This document shows, piece by piece, positions 45,610 through 56,859 of a stretch of 64,000 bases of DNA. The position numbers were made by a program, and so were the translations under genes. How positions within the stretch are numbered: the first letter of the stretch is position 1; each line of letters begins with the position of its first letter. A model generated the notes under the pieces. It had not been told where the DNA came from and made no database searches. It saw nothing but the letters and a program-made list of their open reading frames with translations. This DNA comes from Sulfolobaceae archaeon (GTDB taxonomy: Archaea > Thermoproteota > Thermoprotei_A > Sulfolobales > Sulfolobaceae): contig JAWARQ010000003.1 in the NCBI GenBank assembly GCA_038893355.1, positions 126,787-190,786 on the forward strand. Direction: 5' to 3'.

Positions 45610-45662
45610 GACGGCCATGACCCAGTAGACGCCCAAGAATGGGAGAATGATACTGGGGCCTT
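45610..45662 (+). ncRNA. K-turn hairpin RNA candidate
   Basis: GGCC-ATGAC-CCAGTA-GA-CG-CCCA-AGAA-TGGG-AG-AAT-GA-TACTGG-GGCC; TTTAAA ~30 nt upstream. Confidence 0.55.
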
Positions 45663-45747
45663 ATTTAATTATTCTAGAAAAACTTACAAAATATTTTAGA
45701 GGTATTATATTCAAATTATTTTTAAACTATACTGAGAACTTGATATA

Positions 45748-46332
45748 ATGCGTATAAGTAAAATAGTCTTAGATAATATTACTCATAAAGAGATAATAAT
45801 AGTCAGTGAAGGTAGAATGACTTTCCTACTTGACAGTAATTTAGAACCAGTAAGCGAAGATTTATTAACTTTTAATAAAACAATTTTAATTAATAAAATT
45901 AATGAATTTGAAAAGAGAACTGGAATAAAGATCGATTTAACACCTATTCTGGCAGAGAAAGATTTACTAAAGAAAAAGATTTTAATTAATCAAATAATTG
46001 GAAAATCTTTTGAAGATTATTTATTTAATATTATTTCAAAATTTTTTAACGTTAAAAGAAATCAAGAAATATTTAAAAGTATTTCAAAATTTGATAAAAG
46101 AAAATATCATAATAAACCTGATTTTATTATTGAAAATAAAGTAATTATTGAAGCAAAACTAAATAAAATAAATTATAATCAAATAAAACAATATTCTGAA
46201 AAATATAGTGGAATTGTAGCATTTCCTTGGAGTGGTGAATGCAGAGTCCCTAAAAATTGGTCATGTAACTTTTACACAATATACGATCCAATGAAGCTAA
46301 TAGAAAAGATAAGATTTTACTTAAATAAGTAA
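45748..46332 (+). CDS. PD-(D/E)XK nuclease-family protein
   Basis: GKSFE, KPDF, IEAK, QIKQY motifs. Confidence 0.75.
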   Translation: MRISKIVLDNITHKEIIIVSEGRMTFLLDSNLEPVSEDLLTFNKTILINKINEFEKRTGIKIDLTPILAEKDLLKKKILINQIIGKSFEDYLFNIISKFFNVKRNQEIFKSISKFDKRKYHNKPDFIIENKVIIEAKLNKINYNQIKQYSEKYSGIVAFPWSGECRVPKNWSCNFYTIYDPMKLIEKIRFYLNK

Positions 46333-46386
46333 ATAAAAATGGGAAGTAGCATCAAATTTTTTAATTTATTCAAATAAAGGTTACAC

Positions 46387-47576
<1,190 letters not shown>

Positions 47577-47580
<4 letters not shown>

Positions 47581-48299
47581 ATGTTTCCTAGCTCATGAAT
47601 CTCAAATTCTCTATATTCTCTTATTCTTTCACTCCTTAAGTGAAGATATGAAAGAGGGTCTATGTCTACTACTACATAACCTTCATTAGTACCTAATTCC
47701 GAAATTATCTTTACATCAACATATTTTCCAAATTTTATCGGTTGCAAAGCAATACTCATCCCAGGAAATTCTGGTGGATCTATTGCATTAGCATTTACTA
47801 TTGCTATTCTATTCTCTAATACTCTAGCCCTTAAATAATCCCTCCACATTCTTATACCTTCTATATCTACTTTTGATGGAACAAGAATTATTTCAACACC
47901 TTTCAAAAACATAAATCTTGGTATCTCTGGAAAATCCATATCATAACATATTACGATACCAAACTTTATACCACGATAACTAAAGACGACTAACTTATCT
48001 CCTGCTATAAGCCTTTCTTTTTCTCTCTCAAAAAGGTGAATCTTTTTAGCAATTCCTACAATTTTACCATCTCCATTTATAATTGGTGAGACTACAGAAA
48101 CACCATCTTCAAAAGCGCCGGGTATAATTACTGCAGTATATTTCTTTGCTAATTTCTGAAATTCTGATAAAGGCACTTGATCTATTGTCCTAACCCACTT
48201 TTCTGGTAATAATACTAAGTTAGCATTATCTCGTAAAGCTAATTCAGTTAATCTTACTCCACTTTCTATACTTGCTGGCTGTACTATTCCTATTTTCAA
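47577..48299 (-). CDS. Carbon-nitrogen hydrolase (nitrilase family)
   Basis: LPE, KIHL, ICYD triad; RARVLEN. Confidence 0.9.
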
Positions 48300-48301
48300 T
48301 T

Positions 48302-49429
48302 TTACTCTTCCTTAGAACCTTTTTTCTTACTTTCTTGAATTTTCTTTAAAGCCTTAAGAATTCTCTCTTCTAATATATCAACAGCCTTCCTTACTGCAAA
48401 TATTGGGTCACGATCGCTTTCCTTAGCTATAAAACTTCCGATTTTTGTAATAGCCCTTGCTGTAACTGTATAAATTTTACTTCCTTGACTTTTAGCCTCC
48501 TCTTTAAATGAAACATTAAATTTTATTACCTCAGTTATTCTCTCTAATCTAGCAACATATCTATCCAATATACCATCTATCATTGATTGTAATTCTGGCT
48601 TTTTCAAATCTTGCGTTAACTTTGCTTCTATTGGCATTGATATTTCAAATTGCTTCGCTACTGCAGAGATTATATCAATAGTGCTAATTACTCCTACAAG
48701 ATTTTCCCCTTCAAATACTGGACCACCAGAAATTTTATGGTTTAGTAAATTGGATGCAATTGATATAAGATCGTCTGTAGCTTTAAAGGAATAAACTGGA
48801 TAAGACATTATTTCCTTAACTGGTAATGCCATTATTCTTTCTTCTTCTCTCAGTATTGAAGACCTCTTTTTGCTACTAATTGAATATAACTTATCTACAA
48901 TATCCTTGGTAGTAACTATTCCGGCTAGCTTATTACTATCATCAACAACTGGGAGTCTACTAATATTTTCTCTAATCATTATCCATCTAGCTCTAGCCAC
49001 ACTATCATCAGTTTTTATTGTGGTAGCGGGTGACGACATAAATTCTCTAGCTCTGGTAGAAGGAACTTTTCCTTGACTCAAAAGATAATGTAATAATGAC
49101 TCTCTAGAAATTATTCCAAGTAATCTTTTATTATCGTCAACTACTGGCAATGCTCTGGCTTTAGTGGTATAAAATCTTGCCACAATTTTAGGTATGTCGT
49201 CCCTAGGAGAAAGAGTTGTAGTAGGTTTAATAATATTAAGAATTTTAGATTCTAGACTAACTCTTTTACTTAATAAATCTTTATATGAAAAAATACCTAC
49301 ATATTTCCCATTCTTTATTACTGGCACTACCCATTGTCTACTCTCTTTCATCTTGCCAATGATAGTTCCTATCTTATCATCAGTAGTAGCTATAACTTCA
49401 GGGGTTATTGTTACTTCTAATGCAGTCAC
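48302..49429 (-). CDS. 4xCBS-domain protein with C-terminal HPF/RaiA-like domain (candidate ribosome hibernation factor)
   Basis: Four CBS repeats; C-terminus YTVTARAIT...FIAKESD.DP..AV.KAVD.LE.RI resembles the HPF fold. Confidence 0.7.
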   Translation of the reverse strand: MTALEVTITPEVIATTDDKIGTIIGKMKESRQWVVPVIKNGKYVGIFSYKDLLSKRVSLESKILNIIKPTTTLSPRDDIPKIVARFYTTKARALPVVDDNKRLLGIISRESLLHYLLSQGKVPSTRAREFMSSPATTIKTDDSVARARWIMIRENISRLPVVDDSNKLAGIVTTKDIVDKLYSISSKKRSSILREEERIMALPVKEIMSYPVYSFKATDDLISIASNLLNHKISGGPVFEGENLVGVISTIDIISAVAKQFEISMPIEAKLTQDLKKPELQSMIDGILDRYVARLERITEVIKFNVSFKEEAKSQGSKIYTVTARAITKIGSFIAKESDRDPIFAVRKAVDILEERILKALKKIQESKKKGSKEE

Positions 49430-49485
49430 ATGTATTAATTAGAAAAGAGATTTAAAAACATGAGAAGTAAAATCTAATTAACATT

Positions 49486-49677
49486 CTATCTCTTATAGTA
49501 TAAGTATCTTCCTCTTCTACTGATCTTTTCCTCCTTTAATAATAACATTAATGCATCAGAAATAAGAGGTGCTGGATAGGGTAAGTATTTCAATAACTCA
49601 CTATACGTTATCCATTCCCTCTCTCTTAGAATCTCCTCTATCTTTTTCTTAACCTCATTAATAGTAATTTCACCCAT
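49486..49677 (-). CDS. Small winged-helix protein
   Basis: ATG at 49677; ITYSELL...ALMLLLKEEKISRRGRYL. Confidence 0.6.
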   Translation of the reverse strand: MGEITINEVKKKIEEILREREWITYSELLKYLPYPAPLISDALMLLLKEEKISRRGRYLYYKR

Positions 49678-49913
49678 TATCACTCTACTAAATATATTAC
49701 ACACTTCAGAACAAATAAACCTTACGAAAATAAATCTATAGAATTTAACTATAATATAATACAATTTTATAAATTAATCTATAGAATTTAAATCATATCG
49801 TATTACACTATCGATCTTGCTTTCAATTTCACTTAATCTTAAGAAAAATTATAATATTCACTTTCTTATACGAACGATTAGATTTAAATTCCCTAAGATA
49901 TATCTAATGTCTT

Positions 49914-52826
49914 ATGAGAAATATAAATGGATATATTATATTATTATTAATTTTCTTATCTAACATATTTATACCTCTAATTACAATTTCAGAAACAGAC
50001 CCTTATGTCAATATAACTGCATATTCTAGCTATGGATTAATAGCCCCTGGAATGACATTAGTACCTATAAACTTCACCATAATAAATACTGGTAATGTAA
50101 ATTTAACGAATGTATACATCTTCCCGGGTTCTGTTTCCTATATAGTAATACCAGTTACAACAAACCCGATTAAGATACCTTACCTACAAATAGGTAAGCC
50201 ATATACAATCGTATTCCTATTTAACTTCTCTTCTAGAGCAGGCATAGGACCATACCAAATTCCATTATATATAGGCTATAGTGTAATAACACAGTCTGGT
50301 ATAATATATGGTAATACAACCGTCTATACACCGATCTACTTATTAGGTAAAGTAAGCCTGACAGCTAGAGCATATTTTGGCACTCCTAATAATCCATTAG
50401 TTGTCGTAGGTGGGGAAAAAGATATACCAATTACTATAGTTCTAACAAACATAGGTAATGTGATTGCAAATAACGTTACTATAATATTCCCTAAAAACGC
50501 ATATCCGTTAACATTTTTAGAAAGCAATTATACAATAGGATACTTGCCAATAGGTACGCCAGTAAGTATAGTTACTTACGTTAATGTATATCCTAATGTT
50601 TCACAAGGAATTTATGAAGTTCCAATAACAGTGAGCTTCTTTAGAGGAGACAACATTCAACTATATTTAAATATTAATATAAATGGCTATGTAAACTTTA
50701 TTATTAACGGAATATTTGGCTTACCTAACTCTACAATAAATGTAGCCCCAGGAGAAACTAACGTACCATTAACTATATACGTTATTAATACTGGAACTAC
50801 AACTGTTGCAAACGCGACACTTTACTTTAATTCTACTTACCCATTAAAATTCTCAGTACGTAATGTAAGTTTAGGTTATATTTCACCAACTAGACCCGCA
50901 ATTACCACAGTTTTAGTCGATATATATCCGAATTCCTCTACGGGGGTATACAATATACCAGTTATGATTTCGTATAATAATGGAGTGAAACAGAGTTTAG
51001 AGATGAGAGTTTATATTACGGGACAAGTAAACATTAGCGCTATAGGAATATTCGGTTCACCGCAAAACCCCCTTACAGTTGCAGCTGGAGAAAGGAACGT
51101 GCCATTAACGATAATACTACAAAATATTGGAAATGTTCTGCTTTCAAACGTTAGCGTATACTTACCTAATTCTACTTATCCATTAGAATTCTTAGAAAGG
51201 GTAATAAATATTGGCTATATCCCCATAACTACACCAGTCCAGTTCACAACAGTAGTAAATGTAAGTGATAATGTAACTACAGGGGTTTATAACATTCCAA
51301 TGAGAATAAAGATATATAATAATGAATTTATATCAGTAAACTTAAGAATATCAATTTTAGGCAGTATAGATTTTACAGCATCTAGTATCTTTGGAACTCC
51401 AAACAATCCTTTAGTAGTAGCAGCGGGCATGGATAACGTACCATTAACTATAATACTACAAAATATTGGAAATACTGTAGCTAGCAACGTAACAATTATA
51501 TTTAATACTAATTATCCGTTAGAATTTCTAGAAAGAAATATAAGTATTGGATATTTACCACCAGGCCAACCGATACCTATTACTACATTTGTTAATATTC
51601 CGAGTAATTTAACATTCGGAATATATACAATAAATGTAATAATAAAGTATTTTAATAATATTAAGAAGGAAATAGAAATACCAATTAACATAAATGGTTT
51701 TATTAGCCTTCAATTGAGTTCGATTTGGGGTAGTATCTCTAATCCAATTACTGCATCACCAGGCAGTAATAATATTCCACTTACTATAATAATTAAGAAC
51801 TCGGGAACAGTAACTATAACTAATACTACTCTGATACTAAATTCAGAATATCCAATACAATTCCTAGATAAGATAGCTAATGTAGGTTTCGTACCAGCAG
51901 GAAGTAGTAATTATGTAACAGTTACCACGAATATATACAAAAATGTAACACCTGGTGTTTATATTATACCTATAAAAATAAGATATTTCCAAAATCAAGA
52001 AATTAATACCACTTTAAAAATTATAATATATAATCCAGAAATTGCTGCAAACATATTTATATTTCCTCCTGAAGTATACACCAATTCAGTAAATCCATTC
52101 GTTAGAGTAAATGTCCTACTTATAAATTATGGTGAAGGTATAGCTAATGATTTATATATAACATTAGATAGTAATCTTACAATAATTTCACAAAATAATA
52201 TATCATTAGGTAGCTTACCGCCAGGGAAGCCAGTAAATGTTACTTTCCTACTGAAAATCCCAGAGTATTATGGAACTTATCCCCTCAAATTTATCATAAA
52301 ATATGATGGAGGAGCTCAAATGATAATTTATCCACTAGAGGTAAAATCTAGTGCATATTTAATTGTAACTAAAGTAATTTACCCTGCTCTAAATCCTGGT
52401 GCATCTTCAGTACCAATAACTATTATTATAGAGAACGTGGGAAATGAAACTGCAAAGAATTTAAATCTTGTCCTTTCGCCGTCTAGTATCTTATCACCAC
52501 ATGTAAGTTCATCAAATCCATTAGGAGGCCTTACTGCAGGAAGAGTATATGTAGGGGATTTAGAGCCGGGGAAAAGTATAAATATTACATATCTAGTCGA
52601 CGTAAATAATGGTCTATCTGAAGGAATCTATCCTATAACAATAATTGCAACGTGGAATCAAACTGGTTCATTGTATCCTTTCATACAAAACTTAGTAATA
52701 TATGTTCAGATCACACAACCATTTTACGTTAAGCTATTCTCCAGTTATATATTTTATATAGTAATAGCCGTAATAATAGTATTAGTAATAATTATACTAG
52801 TTATATTTAGAAGGAGAAGAAAATAA
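49914..52826 (+). CDS. COG1361 S-layer-domain family protein with tandem Ig-like repeats
   Basis: Repeated FG.P.NPL.V..GE.NVPLTI...NIGN units of ~113 aa; signal peptide; TM plus RRRRK. Confidence 0.82.
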   Translation: MRNINGYIILLLIFLSNIFIPLITISETDPYVNITAYSSYGLIAPGMTLVPINFTIINTGNVNLTNVYIFPGSVSYIVIPVTTNPIKIPYLQIGKPYTIVFLFNFSSRAGIGPYQIPLYIGYSVITQSGIIYGNTTVYTPIYLLGKVSLTARAYFGTPNNPLVVVGGEKDIPITIVLTNIGNVIANNVTIIFPKNAYPLTFLESNYTIGYLPIGTPVSIVTYVNVYPNVSQGIYEVPITVSFFRGDNIQLYLNININGYVNFIINGIFGLPNSTINVAPGETNVPLTIYVINTGTTTVANATLYFNSTYPLKFSVRNVSLGYISPTRPAITTVLVDIYPNSSTGVYNIPVMISYNNGVKQSLEMRVYITGQVNISAIGIFGSPQNPLTVAAGERNVPLTIILQNIGNVLLSNVSVYLPNSTYPLEFLERVINIGYIPITTPVQFTTVVNVSDNVTTGVYNIPMRIKIYNNEFISVNLRISILGSIDFTASSIFGTPNNPLVVAAGMDNVPLTIILQNIGNTVASNVTIIFNTNYPLEFLERNISIGYLPPGQPIPITTFVNIPSNLTFGIYTINVIIKYFNNIKKEIEIPININGFISLQLSSIWGSISNPITASPGSNNIPLTIIIKNSGTVTITNTTLILNSEYPIQFLDKIANVGFVPAGSSNYVTVTTNIYKNVTPGVYIIPIKIRYFQNQEINTTLKIIIYNPEIAANIFIFPPEVYTNSVNPFVRVNVLLINYGEGIANDLYITLDSNLTIISQNNISLGSLPPGKPVNVTFLLKIPEYYGTYPLKFIIKYDGGAQMIIYPLEVKSSAYLIVTKVIYPALNPGASSVPITIIIENVGNETAKNLNLVLSPSSILSPHVSSSNPLGGLTAGRVYVGDLEPGKSINITYLVDVNNGLSEGIYPITIIATWNQTGSLYPFIQNLVIYVQITQPFYVKLFSSYIFYIVIAVIIVLVIIILVIFRRRRK

Positions 52827-53066
52827 AACTTATTTTAAGCTAACTATTATACAATGATAAACACTATTCTATTATTCCTTTTCTATTTTAGAGGAATTTT
52901 TTCTGGTTTAAGTCTAGTTATTAGTATACTCTATTTAATAATATGCATTTTATATAGAATTCTTCTATTAATTTTTAAGAAATATTAAATTTTGATATTT
53001 AAAGTGTTAAAGAAATCTTTCTAATACTCAGATAGATTTAATAGTGTTAAAGAAGAAGTAATTACT

Positions 53067-53423
53067 ATGAGAATAGCAGTAACTTACGATAAAGATCATA
53101 TCTTAAGACCTTTAGATGAAGCAGAAATAGTAGGAATAATTGATGAAGAGAAAAGAGAAGTTGAACAATACGAAAATGCTGGAATAGGAAGTAAAGAAGC
53201 AACAATGGATATAATATTGCAAATTGGAGCTGATGCTATAATAGTGAAACCACAATTTCTATGTCCAGGTTCTTATTACATGTCATACGGTAAGTTAAAG
53301 TACATAGTAACGAATGCGAAGACACTTGAAGAGGTTTTGAATAATTTAGAAGAGATAAAGAAGAATGGTATAAAAGAGGAGTTAGAAGAAGAATTTTATG
53401 CAGAAAGACACATTCACTATTAA
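53067..53423 (+). CDS. Hypothetical protein, possible NifB/NifX-like fold
   Basis: MRIAV...IID...YEN...GADAIIV...CPGS pattern. Confidence 0.55.
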   Translation: MRIAVTYDKDHILRPLDEAEIVGIIDEEKREVEQYENAGIGSKEATMDIILQIGADAIIVKPQFLCPGSYYMSYGKLKYIVTNAKTLEEVLNNLEEIKKNGIKEELEEEFYAERHIHY

Positions 53424-54235
53424 GGAATTTTTGTAATAAAGGACTCGAATATTGAATCCCTAAAGATTTTTTTGGATTTAAAATCATAATATAGCTCTGC
53501 CTTTGAAAGTATTGTTAAGGTATTACCATTTATAACATCGTCCTTCCTTGCCCTTCCCTCTATTATCTCATAATTTAGAATATCATTGTTACGCTTAATT
53601 ATAACTCTATTATTCCACAGTTCTACATTCATAGAAATTATGGATGGTATAAGAAAAGTAGGTCTAGTTGGTGTTAGTAATACTATATTATTTTTAGAAA
53701 ATATAAAATTTTTAACAACTCTATAATCCATGAAAATATTTCGTTTTATTTCATAATTGTACAAAATTCCATCTTTGTACTCAAGTATAATATCATCCTC
53801 ATTCTTACTTTTTATACTCTCATCTAGATCCTTAAAGCTCTTATAGGATGAAAAGCACAGTCTAATCTTGCCATTAATTATCTCACATGCTACAGGTAAC
53901 CAATTATTTGTTACAAAATTTACTTCTAATTTTTCGCTAAATGGTATTGCGTTATATATAAAAATTTTTTTATTATAATATTTAATATAATTATAATTTT
54001 TTATAATAGTTTTTATAAAATTTTCTCTATCAAATTTATAAATTTTATAAAAAGAGTCAAACATAGATTCAATATTTTTTATTAAATTTTCTAAAAGTTC
54101 CTCCTCAAGATAAAACGAAATTATTCCAATAAGGTTATTTGCCTCGACATAATTCTTTGCAATTGTATATACATCATCTAGTACCTCGAATTTCCTGAGA
54201 GAAGCATAAATCACAACAATAGCTGAATACGGCAA
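53420..54235 (-). CDS. Hypothetical protein
   Basis: 271-aa ORF, TTG start, no recognised motif. Confidence 0.6.
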   Translation of the reverse strand: MPYSAIVVIYASLRKFEVLDDVYTIAKNYVEANNLIGIISFYLEEELLENLIKNIESMFDSFYKIYKFDRENFIKTIIKNYNYIKYYNKKIFIYNAIPFSEKLEVNFVTNNWLPVACEIINGKIRLCFSSYKSFKDLDESIKSKNEDDIILEYKDGILYNYEIKRNIFMDYRVVKNFIFSKNNIVLLTPTRPTFLIPSIISMNVELWNNRVIIKRNNDILNYEIIEGRARKDDVINGNTLTILSKAELYYDFKSKKIFRDSIFESFITKIP

Positions 54236-54672
54236 ATTATAAATTTGTCAATAATTCTGACTCGATAAAGTATAGTAAAGGCTTAGCTAATAAGGATAAA
54301 TTAAAAGTTACCACTTAATTAAAAATAGAACCTTCTAGATAATAAATCAGAAACAGCTAAGAAATGAAAAATATATGATAGGTAATTCAGTAATTCCAAC
54401 TAAATGGTTAGAGAGTCATAAGATTGATATTGATTTTGTTTTAGACAGTAGTTCCTACTCTTAAAATTACAGTTTAAGGTTCGAATTTTAGAATAGAATT
54501 CTCTCTTATATCTGAAATTATATTGGAAGGTTAAGTGTGAAAAAAGTATATTGAAATTCTAAGAAAAAACCATAAATTGTAATACTAATTACCGAATTTG
54601 ATGAACGATTAATAACGATATTACCCTAAAATTCAGAGTAATATTTCTTATCCCCTAAAACAAAAGTCACAT

Positions 54673-54879
54673 ATGGCTAAGGTAAAGTTCAAGTATAAGG
54701 GTGAGGAGAAAGAGATCGATACAAGTCAAATAAAGAAGGCGTGGAGAGTTGGAAAAATGATAAGCTTCACTTATGATGAAGGTGGAGGAAAGACTGGAAG
54801 GGGTGCAGTTAGCGAGAAGGATGCACCACCAGAACTAATAAAGCTAGCAGAACAATACGAAAAACAAAAAGGCAAATAA
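54673..54879 (+). CDS. sul7d: Sul7d-family chromatin protein
   Basis: [16 protein letters not shown]...[28 protein letters not shown]. Confidence 0.97.
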   Translation: MAKVKFKYKGEEKEIDTSQIKKAWRVGKMISFTYDEGGGKTGRGAVSEKDAPPELIKLAEQYEKQKGK

Positions 54880-54915
54880 AAATAATTTTTAATTAAATAT
54901 AAAAATAAAAATAAT

Positions 54916-55434
54916 ATGTTTTTTATTGATAATTCTATAATAATGGCAGGTGGATTAGGAACTCGTTTCTCTCCATATAAAGTGATATATAATATATGTG
55001 GTAAACCAATGATAAAGTGGGTCTTTGATACTCTAATTGGGATCTCTAGGAAAGTATATATTGCCCTTTCTCGTGATAGAGTTGTTAATAAATACATCTT
55101 AAACCTCTTCCCAAAAGATAATATAATCTACACTTCTGGTAAGGGATATGAAAATGATATAGTAGAGGCTATAAAATTAATTGGTACTCCAGTATTAGTA
55201 GTACCTGCAGATGTACCCTTTATAAGTAAAAGTCTTATTCTAAAATTAATTTTAGAATGTGATAAAAGTATATGCACTTTGCTTTGTAAGAACGGCTATT
55301 TAGGTATTAGTGTATGGAGAGATTTAAATTTTAATGAGTATAAAGATATTATAGTAAATGAAGAATTGTTGAATATAAATACTCTCGAAGACTACATAAA
55401 GGCTAATAATATTTGCAAACAATTTATTAGTTAG
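54916..55434 (+). CDS. NTP transferase (CobY/MobA-like)
   Basis: MAGGLGTR, GKPMI, GKGY..D, PAD.P, NINT.ED. Confidence 0.8.
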   Translation: MFFIDNSIIMAGGLGTRFSPYKVIYNICGKPMIKWVFDTLIGISRKVYIALSRDRVVNKYILNLFPKDNIIYTSGKGYENDIVEAIKLIGTPVLVVPADVPFISKSLILKLILECDKSICTLLCKNGYLGISVWRDLNFNEYKDIIVNEELLNINTLEDYIKANNICKQFIS

Positions 55435-55440
55435 AGTAAC

Positions 55441-56184
55441 TTGAAAAGGATAATGTTTTTATTGCCGTTTAGAAGGATACTATTACCCATTTATATACTA
55501 CTAGGATTTTTATTAGCAATAATTTCGATAGATTATTTCAAGAACGTATTTGAAAATGCAGGATACCCTCATGAGTTATCAATAATTCTCTCAGTTTTAT
55601 TACCTTTTTTAAGTTTATTAACTAGTCCTATTAATATAATTATTAAAAAAATACCAAGAAAAGATATTTTAGAACAAGTAGATGTAATCTATTTTTTCGG
55701 AATTCCTTTCTACTTTCCAAGAATCAAGATCGTTGATGATTTTACAATTATAGCAATTAATATAGGCGGTGCAATAGTACCTCTTTTAGTTTCTTTTTTA
55801 TTATTATCAACATTTAAAGAATTTAATTTATTAAAGATTTTAGTTATAATAATTTTATCTACAATATTTTCAAATAAAACTTCTAAAGTTATAGCAGGGT
55901 TAGGCGTAATAGCGAATCCCTATCTTTCGCCAATACTAAATGGAACTTTATCATTTATCTTATTCCAACAACAATTATCTCTAATCCCAATCTCTACGTA
56001 TATTGCTACTGTAATAGGTGCAATAGTAGGTGCTGATTTACTAAATTTAAAGAAGATAATTGAAACTAGACCACAATTAATTAGTATTGGTGGTCTAGGT
56101 ACATTTGATGGAATATATGTATCAGGGCTAATTGGAATGTTTTTTGGAGAACTTATTATATACTTAAATCATTTATTATTATAA
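55441..56184 (+). CDS. DUF1614 membrane protein
   Basis: AINIGGAIVP, GADLLNL, SIGG.GTFDGI. Confidence 0.85.
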   Translation: MKRIMFLLPFRRILLPIYILLGFLLAIISIDYFKNVFENAGYPHELSIILSVLLPFLSLLTSPINIIIKKIPRKDILEQVDVIYFFGIPFYFPRIKIVDDFTIIAINIGGAIVPLLVSFLLLSTFKEFNLLKILVIIILSTIFSNKTSKVIAGLGVIANPYLSPILNGTLSFILFQQQLSLIPISTYIATVIGAIVGADLLNLKKIIETRPQLISIGGLGTFDGIYVSGLIGMFFGELIIYLNHLLL

Positions 56185-56258
56185 AATTAATTATTAAATT
56201 TTGATTTTATATAAAAATCCCGATAAGAATTTATAGTGGTAATTTAAAAAGTAACATC

Positions 56259-56552
56259 ATGGAACCCATACCATTAAGCGAGATCATTTATCTAATTATA
56301 GCATTTGTCTTAGGTCTCCTTATTGGTTTGTTAATTAAGAAAATAATACAAATAGGTGTAATTTTACTTGCAATAGTAATAATTTTACTTGCAATAGGTG
56401 CAATATCTCCATCAACAATACAGAATGCCCTGACAAATATTGGAGTTTATATCTCACAGGCAGAGTCATTAGCAAACACTTTTAAAATATACTTACCTTA
56501 TAACTCAATAGCGTTTATTATAGGCTTAATAATAGGTCTAATAAGAGGTTAG
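56259..56552 (+). CDS. Small membrane protein (FUN14-like)
   Basis: G...G..IKKI...TM...F..G...G pattern. Confidence 0.6.
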   Translation: MEPIPLSEIIYLIIAFVLGLLIGLLIKKIIQIGVILLAIVIILLAIGAISPSTIQNALTNIGVYISQAESLANTFKIYLPYNSIAFIIGLIIGLIRG

Positions 56553-56859
56553 AGGGATATTACTTCATTGAGTCTTATCTAAACTTACTATTGTAATCTC
56601 ACATAAAAGAAAGTTAGTTAGAATAATTCACTTCTTACATGATATATTTATTGGATTAAGAATTTTATAATAATTTTATATCATTATTATCATTTTAAAT
56701 TAATCATTTAACTAACTTAAGATGCTCGAAATTTTAGAAATTCCCATAAAACATCTATTAATATGAAATTCATAGAAAAACCCTACTCTCTACTTCAATG
56801 ATCAATACTTTTTATATTTATGAAAATGTTTATCTACTTCAATTCTCAGCTAACTACTA

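Noticed and set aside
54478-54490. GGTTCGAAT T-loop-like motif as tRNA or att copy
   Set aside because: No cloverleaf and no extended match to tRNA-Leu
56359-56397. 18-bp direct repeat TAATTTTACTTGCAATAG
   Set aside because: In-frame low-complexity repeat within a TM helix
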